NCBI GenBank assembly: GCA_964057225.1
Contig: OZ059894.1
Coordinates: forward strand, 17,360,001-17,424,000
Source of the DNA: Auanema rhodensis
Taxonomy: Eukaryota; Animalia; Nematoda
Length of the DNA stretch: 64,000 nt
Direction of reading: 5' to 3'
Shown piece after piece: positions 13,624 through 26,602 of this stretch (positions are counted from its first letter, which is position 1; the number at the start of each line of letters is the position of its first letter). The position numbers were made by a program, and so were the translations under genes. The notes under the pieces were generated by a model. The model worked only from the letters and a program-made list of their open reading frames with translations. It made no database searches and was not told the DNA's origin.

Positions 13624-14796
13624 CTATTTACCTATACTATAAACTCCTGACGCCAAGTTGATACAAGTATTGTATGCACATGGTGTTGGACAACACAATC
13701 GTCGGACAGTAGAAATCTTTCCCTGACCAACTTTTCTACCAACCTTAAAAGTAATCAACAGAAATCTTTTATTTTATTATGCCTCTTCCTGCTGATTGAG
13801 TCTTCCTTACCTCACATTCGCTATCGTCTCTGCACCAATTTGTATGCTTTCGGTAATTTGATACACACTTCATTTGCATGGAATCGGGGTCCGGACAATC
13901 ATTATTTGAGACGAATCGAATTGCTAAAACCAGGATTTATATTTTCGGACTAACTGTTTTTCATCATAATCTAAATTCGAATTTATAAAATCACCGTTGT
14001 CATGAACTATGCTATTAGTTTGTAGACACACATTGAAGCCACATCCTAAAAGAAAAATAGCCCTCATGCTCACAAGAATTTTTAATATGTATGATAAGTT
14101 AATATAAATGACTTAAGGTTTTACCTGTATCACAGCATAATTGATTGGAGGTTTTAGCACAATCTTCGTTAGTTGTACACCAACTTGTTGTTCTGGTATA
14201 GTAAAACTGTGGTTGGCAGACATATCCTAAGTCGGCTGTCTTAGGACACAATGGAACTAATCTAAAAAGTTATAAACATACGATTTGAATCAAATGATCA
14301 TTATTCACCTCGGTTTTACATAGTTCACTGATGTATGAAGGCAACATCTTTTAGGAGAGAAATTACCTTCACAGCTGTATTTGGAGACACAACTATGATC
14401 ATGCCGGCATTGCTGTAAACATGTTTTCAAATGTAATCAAGTAATTTTTTGTAGGGCACCTTGTACTCTGGACCATTACACATTTTCAGCTTGCTATCTT
14501 TACTGGGACGTAAGTGATTGTTTTGTAAAGATTGAGCACGACGTGATTCATCCTTCTCGATATTAAATATGATGGAAGCTAGTGGGCTCATTGTAGGTCC
14601 AACTGAAAAATCAAAATCAAAGCTTTCTTCTAAAGCATCAAAGATCACGGATTGGAAAGTTTTGGATACCTGTTATGTATTCCTCTAAAGAACAGTCTTG
14701 GCTAGTACGTCCAATCAATCGTAGATAGTCACACATTTTTAAAACTTGCAAAGAATATGGAAACATCAAGAATAAGATTAAACCATATTTTGGCAT
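13624..14796 (-). CDS. Secreted WAP domain protein, paralog 2
   Basis: Signal peptide MPKYGLILFLMFPYSLQVL. Shares CDYxxxIG near the N-terminus with paralog 1. WAP units CPKTADLGYVC...WCTTNEDC...CCDTGCGFNVC and CPDPDSMQMKC...WCRDDSEC...CCPTPCAYNTC. Confidence 0.8.
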
Positions 14797-15628
14797 TCTT
14801 GGTTCCGATTATCGAGATTCAGCTTTATTGACTAACTATATCTTCGAATGACACGGAAAGCGGATGTTCTTAGTCTTGAATGTAATAGATATCAAGAGTA
14901 ATATTTGTATTTATGGAGATAAAATAGAAAATCAGAATAATTTTAGCCCACTGCAAGCTTAATTTAAATTATGATGAGTTGTCGATACTGTTGTAAAAAA
15001 GCTCACACAGAACATCAGCAGAAAGTTTTAAGTTGCGTAGCTTCTTTTTGGCGAACAATTCGTTTAATTAAATCCGTTTTGAAGAAGCCTCTGTAGATTT
15101 CTTTTATCCTATTCATATCTCAAATTCCCTTAGAAAGAAACATTTCAATTGGGAGTGGGCGAGAGATAGTTAAAGCTTATGTTTAACTTCTTCATTGAGA
15201 ACAACTTTGAAAAAGCCTAGGATCAACTCATTTCGATTATCTTGAAAAGAAAGAATGAACGATGTTATTGACATAGAGAAGCATTCATAGAAAAACTTGA
15301 ATATAGAGCTCTATGGGCTTAAAATAAATTGTCTTCTGCATTAGATTATCAAAAAGGCCCCTATTAAAGTTGCATTGTTTCTTGATTAATGCGTGAATAA
15401 CTATTGGTTTTTGAACAACTGAGAATTGTACCAAACAAAATCTATAAAATCTACAAAGTACAAATCGATTCAAAAAGTGTAGAAATATCTTTAAAATCAA
15501 AGATAAAGAAGTTGATAATTAGGGTATTATTCTTTTCCATATTGTCTTGCATCTTTCTAACCTTAGTTTGCTAAGTTGCTTGTTGTGAACCTGTTGTGCT
15601 TTTGTATTATTAAAGGGCACTGCTCTAA

Positions 15629-15669
15629 GCGCGCTCCATAACATCACGCGCGAATTAGCATATTTTGAA
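15629..15669 (+). promoter_or_regulatory. E2F/CDE-like plus CHR-like (DREAM/DRM) promoter
   Basis: GCGCGC at 15629, CACGCGCGAA (TTCGCGCG on -) at 15645-15654 and TTTGAA at 15664-15669, 50-90 nt upstream of the ATG at 15721. Confidence 0.5.
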
Positions 15670-15720
15670 TTTACGTGCGTTGTGTACAAAATTTATCCAT
15701 ATTTAAATTAATGAAATAAA

Positions 15721-17280
15721 ATGGGTCGCATTATTAAAAAAGAGGTGTAAGTTTTTCTCTGTTTTTTATTTGTATTCTCGTTTTTGCCTTATCTTCAGTT
15801 CCAAGCCAATTATTAAAAAAGTCAGTAGTAATCAAATTACTAAACCGTTAAGTAAGGAAGAACTTATACAGCGTCGGCGCGAAACGCAAAAATTCTACTC
15901 GTATGATATTATACACTATTTGTTAAAATTAAAAAGAATATTCAGACAAATGTCACTAAATCGTGTTACAAAAGAGGTTTCTCCTGCGCGTTCAAAAATG
16001 CCTACTCCATCGTATGTTTCCACTAATAGCTTTCTATCTTAAGTTTTACACATGTTTCAGAGTTCCTAATAAAAATGTTGTCAATAGAGTATCAACGACC
16101 GTAAAGAAAACTGCCAAGGTAACTACTTTACCTGCACGCTCAGCAAGGTAATATTTATTTTTTTAAACTAATTCATGAATATTGTTACTTTAGCGCGAGT
16201 TCCCTCTCAAGAAAATCTGATAGATTGGCTGTAAAATCTTTGACGAAAAAAGAAACACCTCTTTCCTCGAAAAACAATTTTGAGTTTAAATCAAGTTCAA
16301 CAAGTTTGCAAATGATTAAATCTGGAAATATTAATATTGGCAATACTGGTAGATTGAGCATGAAAGTAGGTTTTAAGTTGTCTAAGTCTAACGTTAAAAT
16401 TGTTTACAGCAGCAAAACTGGAGGAAAGGGGAAGCACCAAGATTCTCTCTGTTACCATTAGGTATAAACGTTTTTGATAAAAATACGAGTGATGCAGATA
16501 AGCAAAAAGTTTGGTTTCTTTAGCATTATTAAATTATTTCATCTTTTTCTGGTATACGACTTTATGCGAAATCAAAATGGTGAAGACACCAGGAGAAGTT
16601 CAATTTGGGGAACTCCTGGAAGAAACAGGCTCGTTCGATTCCAAATTGAAGATGCCATCTCAGAAAACAATGAAAAATTCGAACAGGTATTTGAATGAAG
16701 TGTAATAGGTTTCTCTAATTTTATTTAGGAAATCCCACAATCTCCTATTGAATTAAATCCTGTTGTAGTTGTTTCTGAAAATAGTGCTATACCGGCTCCT
16801 CAATCTATACTGAAGAAAAAGGTTCGAACTCTATCATTTTCTTAAAATATATAGTGTTACAGAAGAGATTATCTAAAGCTTCTCAAGATTTTATCGCTCA
16901 GAGCTCAACAAAGAAGACAGTACGTTCTGTAGTTTCTGGTAAAATTAACACATATTGTAATATACGGTATACAATAATTTCAGATGAAAATAAAGCTCCT
17001 ATAAAATTGATTCTTTCAAGTTCCGAGGAGTCTGGAAATGAGCAGGAGGAATTTGTGAAACCTGTAATTACTCCAAAGAGGAGAACTTTGACATTTTCCG
17101 ATAGCTCGAAACCTATAGTAGCAAATGCTCATCAGTTTTACAGGTATTTATATTTATTTAAGTATTGAGAATGCATCTCTTTTCAGTATGATCATGGATA
17201 ATCAATTCTTTTTCCAAGAGTTGAACAAAACTCAGTTAAATGAGATTAAACAAATGCTTAATTCTCATATGGATTCTTGA
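15721..17280 (+). CDS. Basic, low-complexity protein of unknown family with PP1-docking (RVxF, SILK) and CDK-type motifs
   Basis: Multi-exon frame MGRIIKKEVSKPIIKK... to ...KQMLNSHMDS*. Motifs RLVRF, QSILKKK, TPGR, TPKRR, DENKAP. Confidence 0.65.
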
Positions 17281-18108
17281 TTTATTGTACAGTAAATTGT
17301 AGATTCAATTTTACTGCTGTCTTATGTAAGTTCAATCATTAGATCATTTTAAAAATTATTTTTTTCGAGTATACTAATTTTGTACACTACTTGCACAAAC
17401 GTTTGTATATTTGCTCTACTCAATAAAACGTTTTGTATATGAATTATATAAAAAAAGCAAAAATAGCATATATTTTTTCAACGTTTTAAAGGAATATTGC
17501 TTTGCAGGTTTGGACGAAATTTTAACTGATAGAATGTATTATTTACTGGATTCAATTTAGATACACAATTTTCATCATATGTTTTGGCAGGAATTATTGT
17601 TAACATTTTCTGCTCAAATAGTTTATTGATATTGTAAAAAAAGTTTTTGTGGGTTGTATATATATATATTGTGGTTTTAACAGATCCTATGATTAACTTG
17701 TGTATAATATTGACAAGCTTTATTATTCTGAAAAGAGTTTATTTTAATCCGTTAATTTTACATTCTGGTATCTATTTTTTCTCCGTTTTCTTATCACCCT
17801 TCTCATTATGTATTATGAAAACAAAATGCAGCAACAACAGAAATTTTGAATATTGAGAAAATTGAAGCTTTTTCATGTATTTCCGCGTTCCTTTGCGTAT
17901 TGGTCGTAGAATATTCATATATATAATATATGTATTCAGTATTCAATTACCTCTGCTTCTTACTTTTGTAAATATTTTTACCTCAATTGTATTTATGTCA
18001 AAGAGATAAATCCTTTTTCGCGTTATCGTCTTTCATTTTGTTGTTCTCTTTGGGGGAGTTTATACTTCAGATATTAATGATTTTCTAAAAAGATAAAAAT
18101 TTAGTTGT

Positions 18109-21100
18109 ATGATACCATTATCTAGATGTTTGACTAGATTCAGGTCAGTTCGACTGAGGAACTATGTTAATCCAGCTTATTTACAAGATAGGTATGTATT
18201 TCTTATGTTTTTCACACTCAGCTATAGGATTCAATGGATGCTATTATATTTCAGGATAGAACATAGAACAGAAGATGAAATTTTGCTACGAACCAAAGAT
18301 TTTAGAGGAGTTGCCCCTAGGCATATAAGAGTATTTTTATTTGACTTCATTTTTTTAGCATTTATGGTCTTACAGAATTCGAAAAATATTACCCCCGATA
18401 TTCATTTAGCACATATAAAGCACACATTGAAATCTAGTGGTAGAGTATCCAGTAGCTCATTTTTCAATAATGTGTTAAAAGAGATTGAAAATAATAATGG
18501 TTTTGTTTACAAATAAGTCTTAAAAAAAATTTTTTTAAGGAGTTTTACTATCAATTTTAACAAAGTTTTCTGAGCAGTGGGTACCAATGCTATTAATAAG
18601 CTGCGGAAATTCTATGTCCAATACTCATCGATCTACTAGAGAAATAATTTTAGATAGATTATGGAATGCTTTTTTGTACCACAGTTTGTTTTGTTTTGTT
18701 TTTTCTTCTAATATACGTTTTTGAGAGATACCTATATCAATATCGTCATATAATAATCGTTTACGGTCTATGCTGGATAACAAAATGTCTTTTTCCGTCG
18801 ATGAAGAACTTTCAGTATTAACGGAAAAATTGTACTTTTAAAGTTTTCGTTTGGAATTTTTGATAAGTTCTACGAGTTATAGAAATTTAACAGCCAATCA
18901 AGAAACGTTTCAACTTTTACTGGAAAGGTTTTCTCATCTAGGTGATATTGATGCCTGTAGAAATTTGGTTTGTTTTAAACTATAATGAAATTCATTAATC
19001 TTCTCTTAGGTTTATGAAATGGCTAAAAACGGCTGTATTGTTGATTCAAAGTGTAACCAGTCTTTAGTCTATTGTTTTGCTCTTAGAGGGCATGATGCAA
19101 AAGCTGACTCTTTGGTTGAGGTTACAATCATTTTGAACACTATGAATTTGTTTTGCATATTCCAGCAAAGTAAATCCAAATACAATGAAGAAGCGCGAAA
19201 TTTGGCAAATGGTGCATGCGCTAAAGCTGCGGCTTTCAGAGGGAATACTGCGAGGCTTCGACAGGTATCGCCGTTTGTTTTGACGATATATGATATTATT
19301 ATTACAGATTCTTAGGCGTTCTGTTAATAAAGAAAAAAAACTCACCATCTCCTCTGATGATTTATTTGAAACAATATGGCTTCTTTCAGAAAATGGAGAT
19401 AGACTGAATGAACAAAAGAACATAGTAATTATTGAACAAGTAATTTATTTACAAAGAACTATGCTAAAATCTGTTTGATATCTTTAGATTCTTAATGCGA
19501 TGCCTCACTCTAAAGGATTTTTTCATCTTCTTGTAAGAGAAATTGAGCGACATATATCTCATGATCATTTTTATTCTGCTATATGCCTTTTGGAAGATGT
19601 CAAACGTGTTTCTGACTGTTTGAAAAATCAGCAAAGATCGAGTAAGTATAACTGTTTCTGAGCGTAATGTGTATTGTACTGTTAGAAATAATGGAACAAC
19701 TTTTATCCCGGTTAAGCCATCAACTTATTCGTAATCAGGTTCCAATAAGCCAGGTATTAGATATTGCTCACAGAATCGTTGCTCTTTTCAAGAAAGAACC
19801 TGTTGGGTTAGGCTCTAAGATAGTTTCAATGGTAATTCAAGCATTTATAGATCTCGTTTTCATGATAATCTTCTCCATGCAGCACTAATGTACAAAGATC
19901 TTACTATAGATCAACGAATAGATTACTTAACTGCATTAGTTGACGTTGTTGATCACTCAAGAGAACGCCCACATATTATTTTACCTTTAATAGTTCTGTA
20001 GGTTTCGTACCTCCAGTTTTTTTATTCGATAATCACAGATCGCCAGATGTTATGGAACGGCTGAAGGTTATATTTCGATGTCATATTCTGGGATATAAAG
20101 ATATATCTTCGCTTGGTAATGAGCTTATTAATCTAATTCTTCAGCCCATTTTTGGTAATTTTTCTGATTTTTATTTATTTGTTAGAACACTATTTCAGAT
20201 TATTCATTGGCTGCTCGACGTGAAACAAAAATGCAGAAAAGTCATAAGATTCTTAAAAGCTTCAAAATACCTGATAATGTGATTTGGAATCTTTTTCATA
20301 TCTGGTATAAACAAAGAGTTGATGAAGAAAGCAAGCTTCCAGTTGAACAACTTCAAGCACCAACTGCAAATGAGCTAAAAATGTATGCTGATTATAAACT
20401 ATGAATATTGTCAGAAGAGAAATTTAATTTTTTTTCTTACAGTTGGCTTCGAGAGCAGTATTCTCCAATTTTCGAACAAGATAAAATAAATAATTCTTCA
20501 GTAAATAGAATTATGCCTACATATGATCGTTTAAAAGCTATAATAATTGATGAAAGGGTTTGTTAGAAATGAAAAGCATGAGGAAAAAAGAATCAATTCA
20601 GGATGCTGCAAAAGCTGTAACCTTTTTAAACCGATGTGGCTGGCCAGACGATACCAATTACGCCGAAATTGGATCACAATTGGTTGATCTTGTCTTGGAC
20701 CTAGAAGACTGGCCTACAGTAACAAAAACCCTTTCCTCTTTGTATGTTTAACTGAGTTATATATTTCTTTTATTCTAATTTATAGGTCATCGCAAAGTGA
20801 ATCATGGACGAAAACGCATGGAGAAAATTTTTCTCCACTTAAAAATAATCATTTGCTTTCAATTTTACGCCGTTTAGTTCAAGAAGAAGGAGAGTTCTCT
20901 ATTAGACGACTGATTGAATTCTCATATGAACTCAAGGGGATGTTCCCGAATGGTAGGTATTAAAGATTAAATAAGACTTGAGCGCTGGTTTTTAGCTGTG
21001 GTCTCATACGACACATTTTTCGACACTCTTTATGAGTACAACAGGCTTTTTCATAAAATTTTCGAAGTTGGTTTTGTTTTTGTTCTCGACAGGATACCCG

Positions 21101-22209
21101 AATTTCCAGAAGTTGACTGAATTAGATGTGCCTAAGGTTGATGAGAGTATGGAACTCCTCCGAACTCTTATTAAATTGGATATATTATCGTTGCACGCGA
21201 ATGAAACATTAACAACTGTGTTTGTTAATAATGTTATCAAAAAGTAAATGAATTTCACGAGTTTGGTTATTAGGTTTTTGATTATAGAATTGGTCTCGAG
21301 GAGGGAGTTAATACCTGGATGAAGTTTCAATCAAGTTTGTCCTGTTCTAACGCTATCGTAGCACTTATCCGACATTGCTTAAGTAGAAATGATGATTTAT
21401 CTACCAAACGTGTTCAATACAGTATGTTTACCTATTGTTAATTAAATTTAAACTTTTGTTTAGTTCTGCATAAAGCTCAAAATTTCACATCTCAATCTCG
21501 GGTGCATACCCTATATTGTGCTGTCTTGTTGTCATCTAGAAAATATGAGGAAGCCGTTAAATATATCATTCAACATAAGGTATGCATTACTGCTCTTTTT
21601 GTATCATTACTTACTTTTTTTGTAGAATAACATTAATCCAAATGATTGTATATCATCTTTCAAATTAATGAACGCTTTAAAATTCAAAAGAGTAAGCCAT
21701 TACATGAGTTTAAAATTTGAAATATTATTTAGCTGGATGAGGAGTTTGTGTATAATTTTATTGATTTGTTCTTAACACACTCAAGCATTATTAGCGACTG
21801 TTCCACAATTAAATCATTGCAAGTCGAATGTATTAGGATTTGTCGTAAGGCTCAAAATCCTTAAAATAATGAACACATTTTATTTTAAGAACTTCATGAT
21901 GCTGGTCCACTGTCACTAAAAATTTATCAAAGATTTTTAAAAGCTGGCCTCGACCTTGAAGATGATGAAAAGAAAAAACTGTGGGAAGTTGTTGGAAAGC
22001 ACGATGAATTCGCTAGGTAAATAAGTAACTTTTTTCGTAGCCATCTTTTTTTTTTCAGAAAATGGCTATATCTTCCCGATGGCATGCTCCGTCTAGGTGA
22101 AAATGATCCGATTAATCAGGAACGAGATACTTTTGAAATTCATAGTAAACTAAGAGCAGATATTGAAAGTATGTCATCATCGGATTCAAAAAAAGAAATA
22201 ATTAGTTAA
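18109..22209 (+). CDS. LRPPRC: LRPPRC-family mitochondrial PPR protein A (full length)
   Basis: Arg-rich presequence MIPLSRCLTRFRSVRLRNY. The segment LLISCGNSM...LDRLWNAF...SSYNNRLRSMLDN...ANQETFQLLLERFSHLGDIDAC...LVYCFALRGHDAKADSL matches, from recall, the LRPPRC N-terminal PPR block (LLLRSCG...HYNALLKVYLQN...[22 protein letters not shown]). Confidence 0.8.
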
Positions 22210-22305
22210 GATTTCATATCAAAATAGTTTATTAGAACATATTGTTATTTGTTACTTGTTGTTACTGAATCACACGGGTTTTGTATTAAAATTTATTTTA
22301 TTTCT

Positions 22306-22896
22306 TCAACCCCTGATAAGTATGATAATAATCAAAATGTAAACATAACATAGTTTGCAATCTATTGGATTACTTAAACTTTCTTGTAACCCCATCAAAT
22401 TTCTGTTCAGAAGACCTTGACTTTGTGTGTTGCAATTAGTAGTGTTGCAACAGCAAAATTCAGCTCTTGACAGATGCTCTAATTTAGCACCGGGATATCC
22501 ATATTGAATTGAAGCAATAACATCTAACTAGAACGGCATCAGTTATCATTAAGCAGTATGTGAATAGCAGAACCTTTCCAACTTCAGAAAGTTGTGTGAA
22601 ATCTTTACATGAATTGTCTAAGCTATATACGGCACACGCACTTCTCAGAGAACAAGATCTTTGAATGCCTTCACTTATTCTACCAGACATATTAACAGCA
22701 AGGTAATGAAAATAACAATCCTAAATTGTTTATTTCGTTTATTACATTGTCGTCATAACTTTGGACTGACAGTTTCGAAACGTGAACACTTTTTTGATCC
22801 AAGACCTAACAGATCATCAGTATCCATACAGGATAGTGCCTTGCCTGAACCAAGAAGACTAAGTAGAACAGCCGCGTAGCAATATATTCGAATCAT
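22306..22896 (-). CDS. Ly6/uPAR (three-finger)-like, probably GPI-anchored protein
   Basis: Three exons: signal peptide MIRIYCYAAVLLSLLGSGKA, LSC start, IQRSC, terminal CCCNTTNCN motif, hydrophobic C-terminus CYVYILIIIILIRG*. Confidence 0.75.
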
Positions 22897-23544
22897 TTAT
22901 ATGCTTGTTCTACGTTACACGTGTTATTACGTCAAAAAGAAGTAAACATTGCTTTGAATATCGTTAAGTTCAATAAAAACTATTTATTCTTATTTTCTTA
23001 TGTAATCCAAATAATAGATATGATCCATACCAGTTTGAAATTGAAGCTAATTAAGATTTTAAAACATTAGCTATGTCTATTTAAGAATCAAAAATTCAAT
23101 GAAACTTTGCCTCGCTGTTTTCTAAACTTTTTCCAAGTATTGTTTCAACTTTACTGTAGAAATCAAAAAGCTTCACCTACGGGCGGTCGGTCGAAGTTTT
23201 AACGACGCGCTATTGCGTATTGAAAATAATTGATCTGTAGCTTTTAAGTTTTAATATTATTTAATTTATGCCATTGAAAGCTATATGTATGTTTCCATCT
23301 TCTTTATGTGAGAAAAAAAAACAAATTTTTTATAACAAATGCAAGTGCGAAAGAAAATAATTTTACTAATCAGTATAAAATTTGTGCTTTATATCGTTGT
23401 TCAGACATCCTTTAGTATCCAGAAGATCCTTAATATTTTTTGAAATTTCATTTTCAATTTTGTATTACATAGTATTCCATAAATTTCAATTCTTCAGGTA
23501 ATAAAATTATGAGCAGGTAGTCCACATATCTAATATGCAGAAGA

Positions 23545-26395
23545 ATGTTTCGTTTTTGCATTAACGGAGCCTTTAGGTATTTTATAATAGTTGAATAATA
23601 TTCATAGATATGTTAAAGATATTTCCAACAATACGGAGTGCGCCTCACTAGATTTCAATATAAACATAACGGATATCTTCTAAACAATCCTAAATCACAG
23701 GATAGGTATAGTACTGAACTTTTATTGTAATAGTATCTTATTTTAAGTCATTGGTTTATCAGGCAAGATGCCTCATTAGGTTCATATGAAAATGATCGCT
23801 TCTTCCCTGATATGTAATTAATAGAGTGGTGTTCTTATATATTAAATCCTATGTTCTAGTACTTCTTTTGACGATTTTGGAATTCTCTCTCTGGATCGCT
23901 CAAAGTCGTCTGAAACCGTTAGTACCCTTGGTGAAAAGTCTTTCATTGATAACTTGTTAAGGTAGTTAAAAACTCTTTCATTTTTCCATTTGTTCTTTAG
24001 AAATGATGCTTATAATGTATGTGATAGTGTTATTCCAACAACTGTTGATATCAAAGAAATGGGAGAAACTGGTGATGGTATAGAGCAGCTTGAGGTTTGT
24101 GATCTTACTGTTAGTATCTGTATTGCAACTTATTTTTAGATTCTCCTATCTGAAGGATATGATGTGTCGGCTGTTATAAATGATTTCCGTAGCTCACAGA
24201 TCTCTGATATTCCTAGTCAGGAAAATGTTTTAAACAAAGAAGAAGTACAGGAGAATTCTGAGTAGGAGTCATCTGTAGTTTAATATATAACTATGCGTTT
24301 ATAGTTCTCCATATCTACTACCGAAAGATATGAATCTGCCTTATAGATCACCAAGCTTCATTCCTTCAGAAAAATTATCTACTCGTGTATATTTGGGGAA
24401 CAAACGAAGGTTAAATCGTATGGTAAATCCTTTGTCTTCCGGTATTTTTTCAACTTTTATATGTTTTGGTTCTAGTCGTTTGTTTTAGATTTCACCAACT
24501 CTTCCGAAACTGCTGTACATAGTGCTATACCTAAACGCATAGAAAATCAAGTTGCTATTCCTGAAAGATTTGATTCTGTCGAACGATATGAGAAATGCAC
24601 GATCGAAGAAGTTCAAGCTGCTCTTAGAATCGAGGTATTTTCTTATTCTGAATAGTTCTCAGTTGCAATTGCAGGACATATCGCCTTTAAGAAATCTGCT
24701 TATGAGTAAACAATGGCCTGCAACAAGAGATATTAATTCTATTATTCCTATTGTGTTTGATTTCATTGTTAAATATTCGAAGGATACCGAGGAAGCTTTG
24801 ATGTTTTTCCGTGACTTGTAAGTACTTGCTTACGTTTTATGAACTATTTTGTTGATTCAGTGCTGCATCCAATAGGAGGTCATTTGTTAGAGATGAAGCT
24901 GTTCTTGATTTAGCTTTTCGAGCCGTGAATGAAGGTGGAGTACCTTTGGCTACTCAGCTTCTCATTCAAGTCAGAAACATGTTTTTGACCAAAGCACGTA
25001 AGTATATTATCCGAAAACATCATATATCTTATCCTTCTTAGCCATGTCGGCCAATAATAAAGCTAAATCAAGATTGGTTAAATTATACAAATCATCATTT
25101 GAGAAAGGTAACTTTGCTAAATTATAGTGCACCAAAAAGCAATTTTGTTAAGGCTCGGTTGAAGAAGCTCAACTTTTAATGCAAACTCTTCTTGACAAGG
25201 GCTATTCGACAAATGTTCAACCATTCCTGCGCGTGGCTGCTCAATGTCTGATAGAGAAACAGTATGTTTTTAATAATTACATTCCTGATAATATTGTTCA
25301 CTTTCAGGGAATCCTTTGGTTTGGTATTCGCAAATTGGTCGAAGTTAGCTTCCTCATATGGTGATATATCAGGGTCTGAATATGTGTTACAACATGCTCT
25401 ATTAGATTCGGATGCAAAACAGTCTGCCCTAAAAATAGGCAAGATTTTTTTGTTATTTTAAAAATTGTGTTTTTCAATTGCAGGTGAAGTTCTGAAATTC
25501 ACCAAACTGTATCGTCATCCGTTCAAGAGCATAGCTGATATAATTTGTGCTTATATTCGTTTTGGACAAATCAACAAAGCTTATGAGTTAATGTCCAAAG
25601 TATGTTATTTGATTTAGCTTGTTCTTCAGAAGTAATTTTAGTTGTCTATTTCTGGAAAGTATTACTATTTGCCAGTCGATCAATTTTTACAAGATGATGA
25701 TGGATTAGCTCATATAGAAAATTTCGCTGGTTTGGTTTCTAAGTGTATGTATGGGGAGAAACGACGTGGTGGTTCCAAGAGCAAGGATACCTGTGTGGAG
25801 GTATGGTGCAGTACGTAAATCCTCGATTGTGGGCGGGGGTCCCTGGTTCGAATCCGAGGACGCGAATGTGATAGCAGGCGGATCGTTACTGATTTGCTTG
25901 TACTAAATAATTCGCAATAATAATGAATTGGAGTCAAACTTGCCTGATATTCGTGTCAGGTTGGCTCAAGAACCAATCAACAATAGTTTTTTTTTAGAAT
26001 GTAACAGTAAGTACTGAATTAATGAAAGTACTTGATGCACATTGTGGTACTTCTTTTGCCACTCAGTCCTCTTTTGTTAGTCTCAAGAAGAAAAATAGCA
26101 AAAAGGAGCATAAGTGAGTTTTCTCTTCGAGTTTAGTATCAGGTATGTATTTATTTCAGGAAAATGCATCGTGTTGACGATGAACAGCTCCATAAACTTT
26201 CTCGTGATATCCAAGATGCATGGATCATTTTAGCAGGTATGCATATATATATTTTTGGCGGGTTGTAAATCATCGGATTTTTTCTTAGAATCTAATAAAA
26301 ATTACGAATCAGCTCAAAGGTTGCTTACTTGGTGCCAAACACATCGTGTTGAAATTTCATCAAATCTTTCAAAAAGAGTATCTCAACTCAAATAG
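23545..26395 (+). CDS. LRPPRC-family protein B (acidic N-terminal region plus LRPPRC C-terminal helical module)
   Basis: Presequence-like MFRFCINGAFRYFQQYGVRLTRF. EEAQLLMQTLLDKGY...VFANWSKLASSYG...IADIICAYIRFGQINKAYELM resembles the C-terminal module seen in genes A, C and D. Confidence 0.65.
25797..25860 (+). pseudogene. Degenerate tRNA-like element (His/GTG-like), probable Pol III internal promoter
   Basis: A-box-like TGGTGCAGTACG at 25804, anticodon-like stem CCTCG-ATTGTGGG-CGGGG, B box GGTTCGAATCC at 25845-25855. The acceptor stem does not pair. Confidence 0.65.
25861..25955 (+). ncRNA. Putative box C/D snoRNA (intronic)
   Basis: Terminal stem CGCGAAT/ATTCGTG, C-like box GTGATAG at 25868, D' CTGA at 25889, C'-like ATGAAT at 25923, D CTGA at 25944. 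Lies in an unusually long (197 nt) intron with a T9 run at 25987. Confidence 0.6.
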
Positions 26396-26602
26396 TACAT
26401 ATTAGAATAAAATGCTGACTAGAAACGTATATTTTCGATTAGGATTATCTTGTTATTCATATTGTTGTTAATTGTTATTTTATAGATTCATTGATAAATT
26501 TGTTAAATTTACTATATTTTGATATTGTGTGTTGGTTTCATTCCATATACCTGAACTAGTATAATTTGTATTTTAATGCTTTTTTATCTAGCTTGGCTTG
26601 CG

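Noticed and set aside
25797-25870. Functional tRNA-His gene
   Set aside because: The acceptor stem is unpaired, the anticodon loop is 8 nt and the T stem is bulged; kept only as a tRNA-like promoter.
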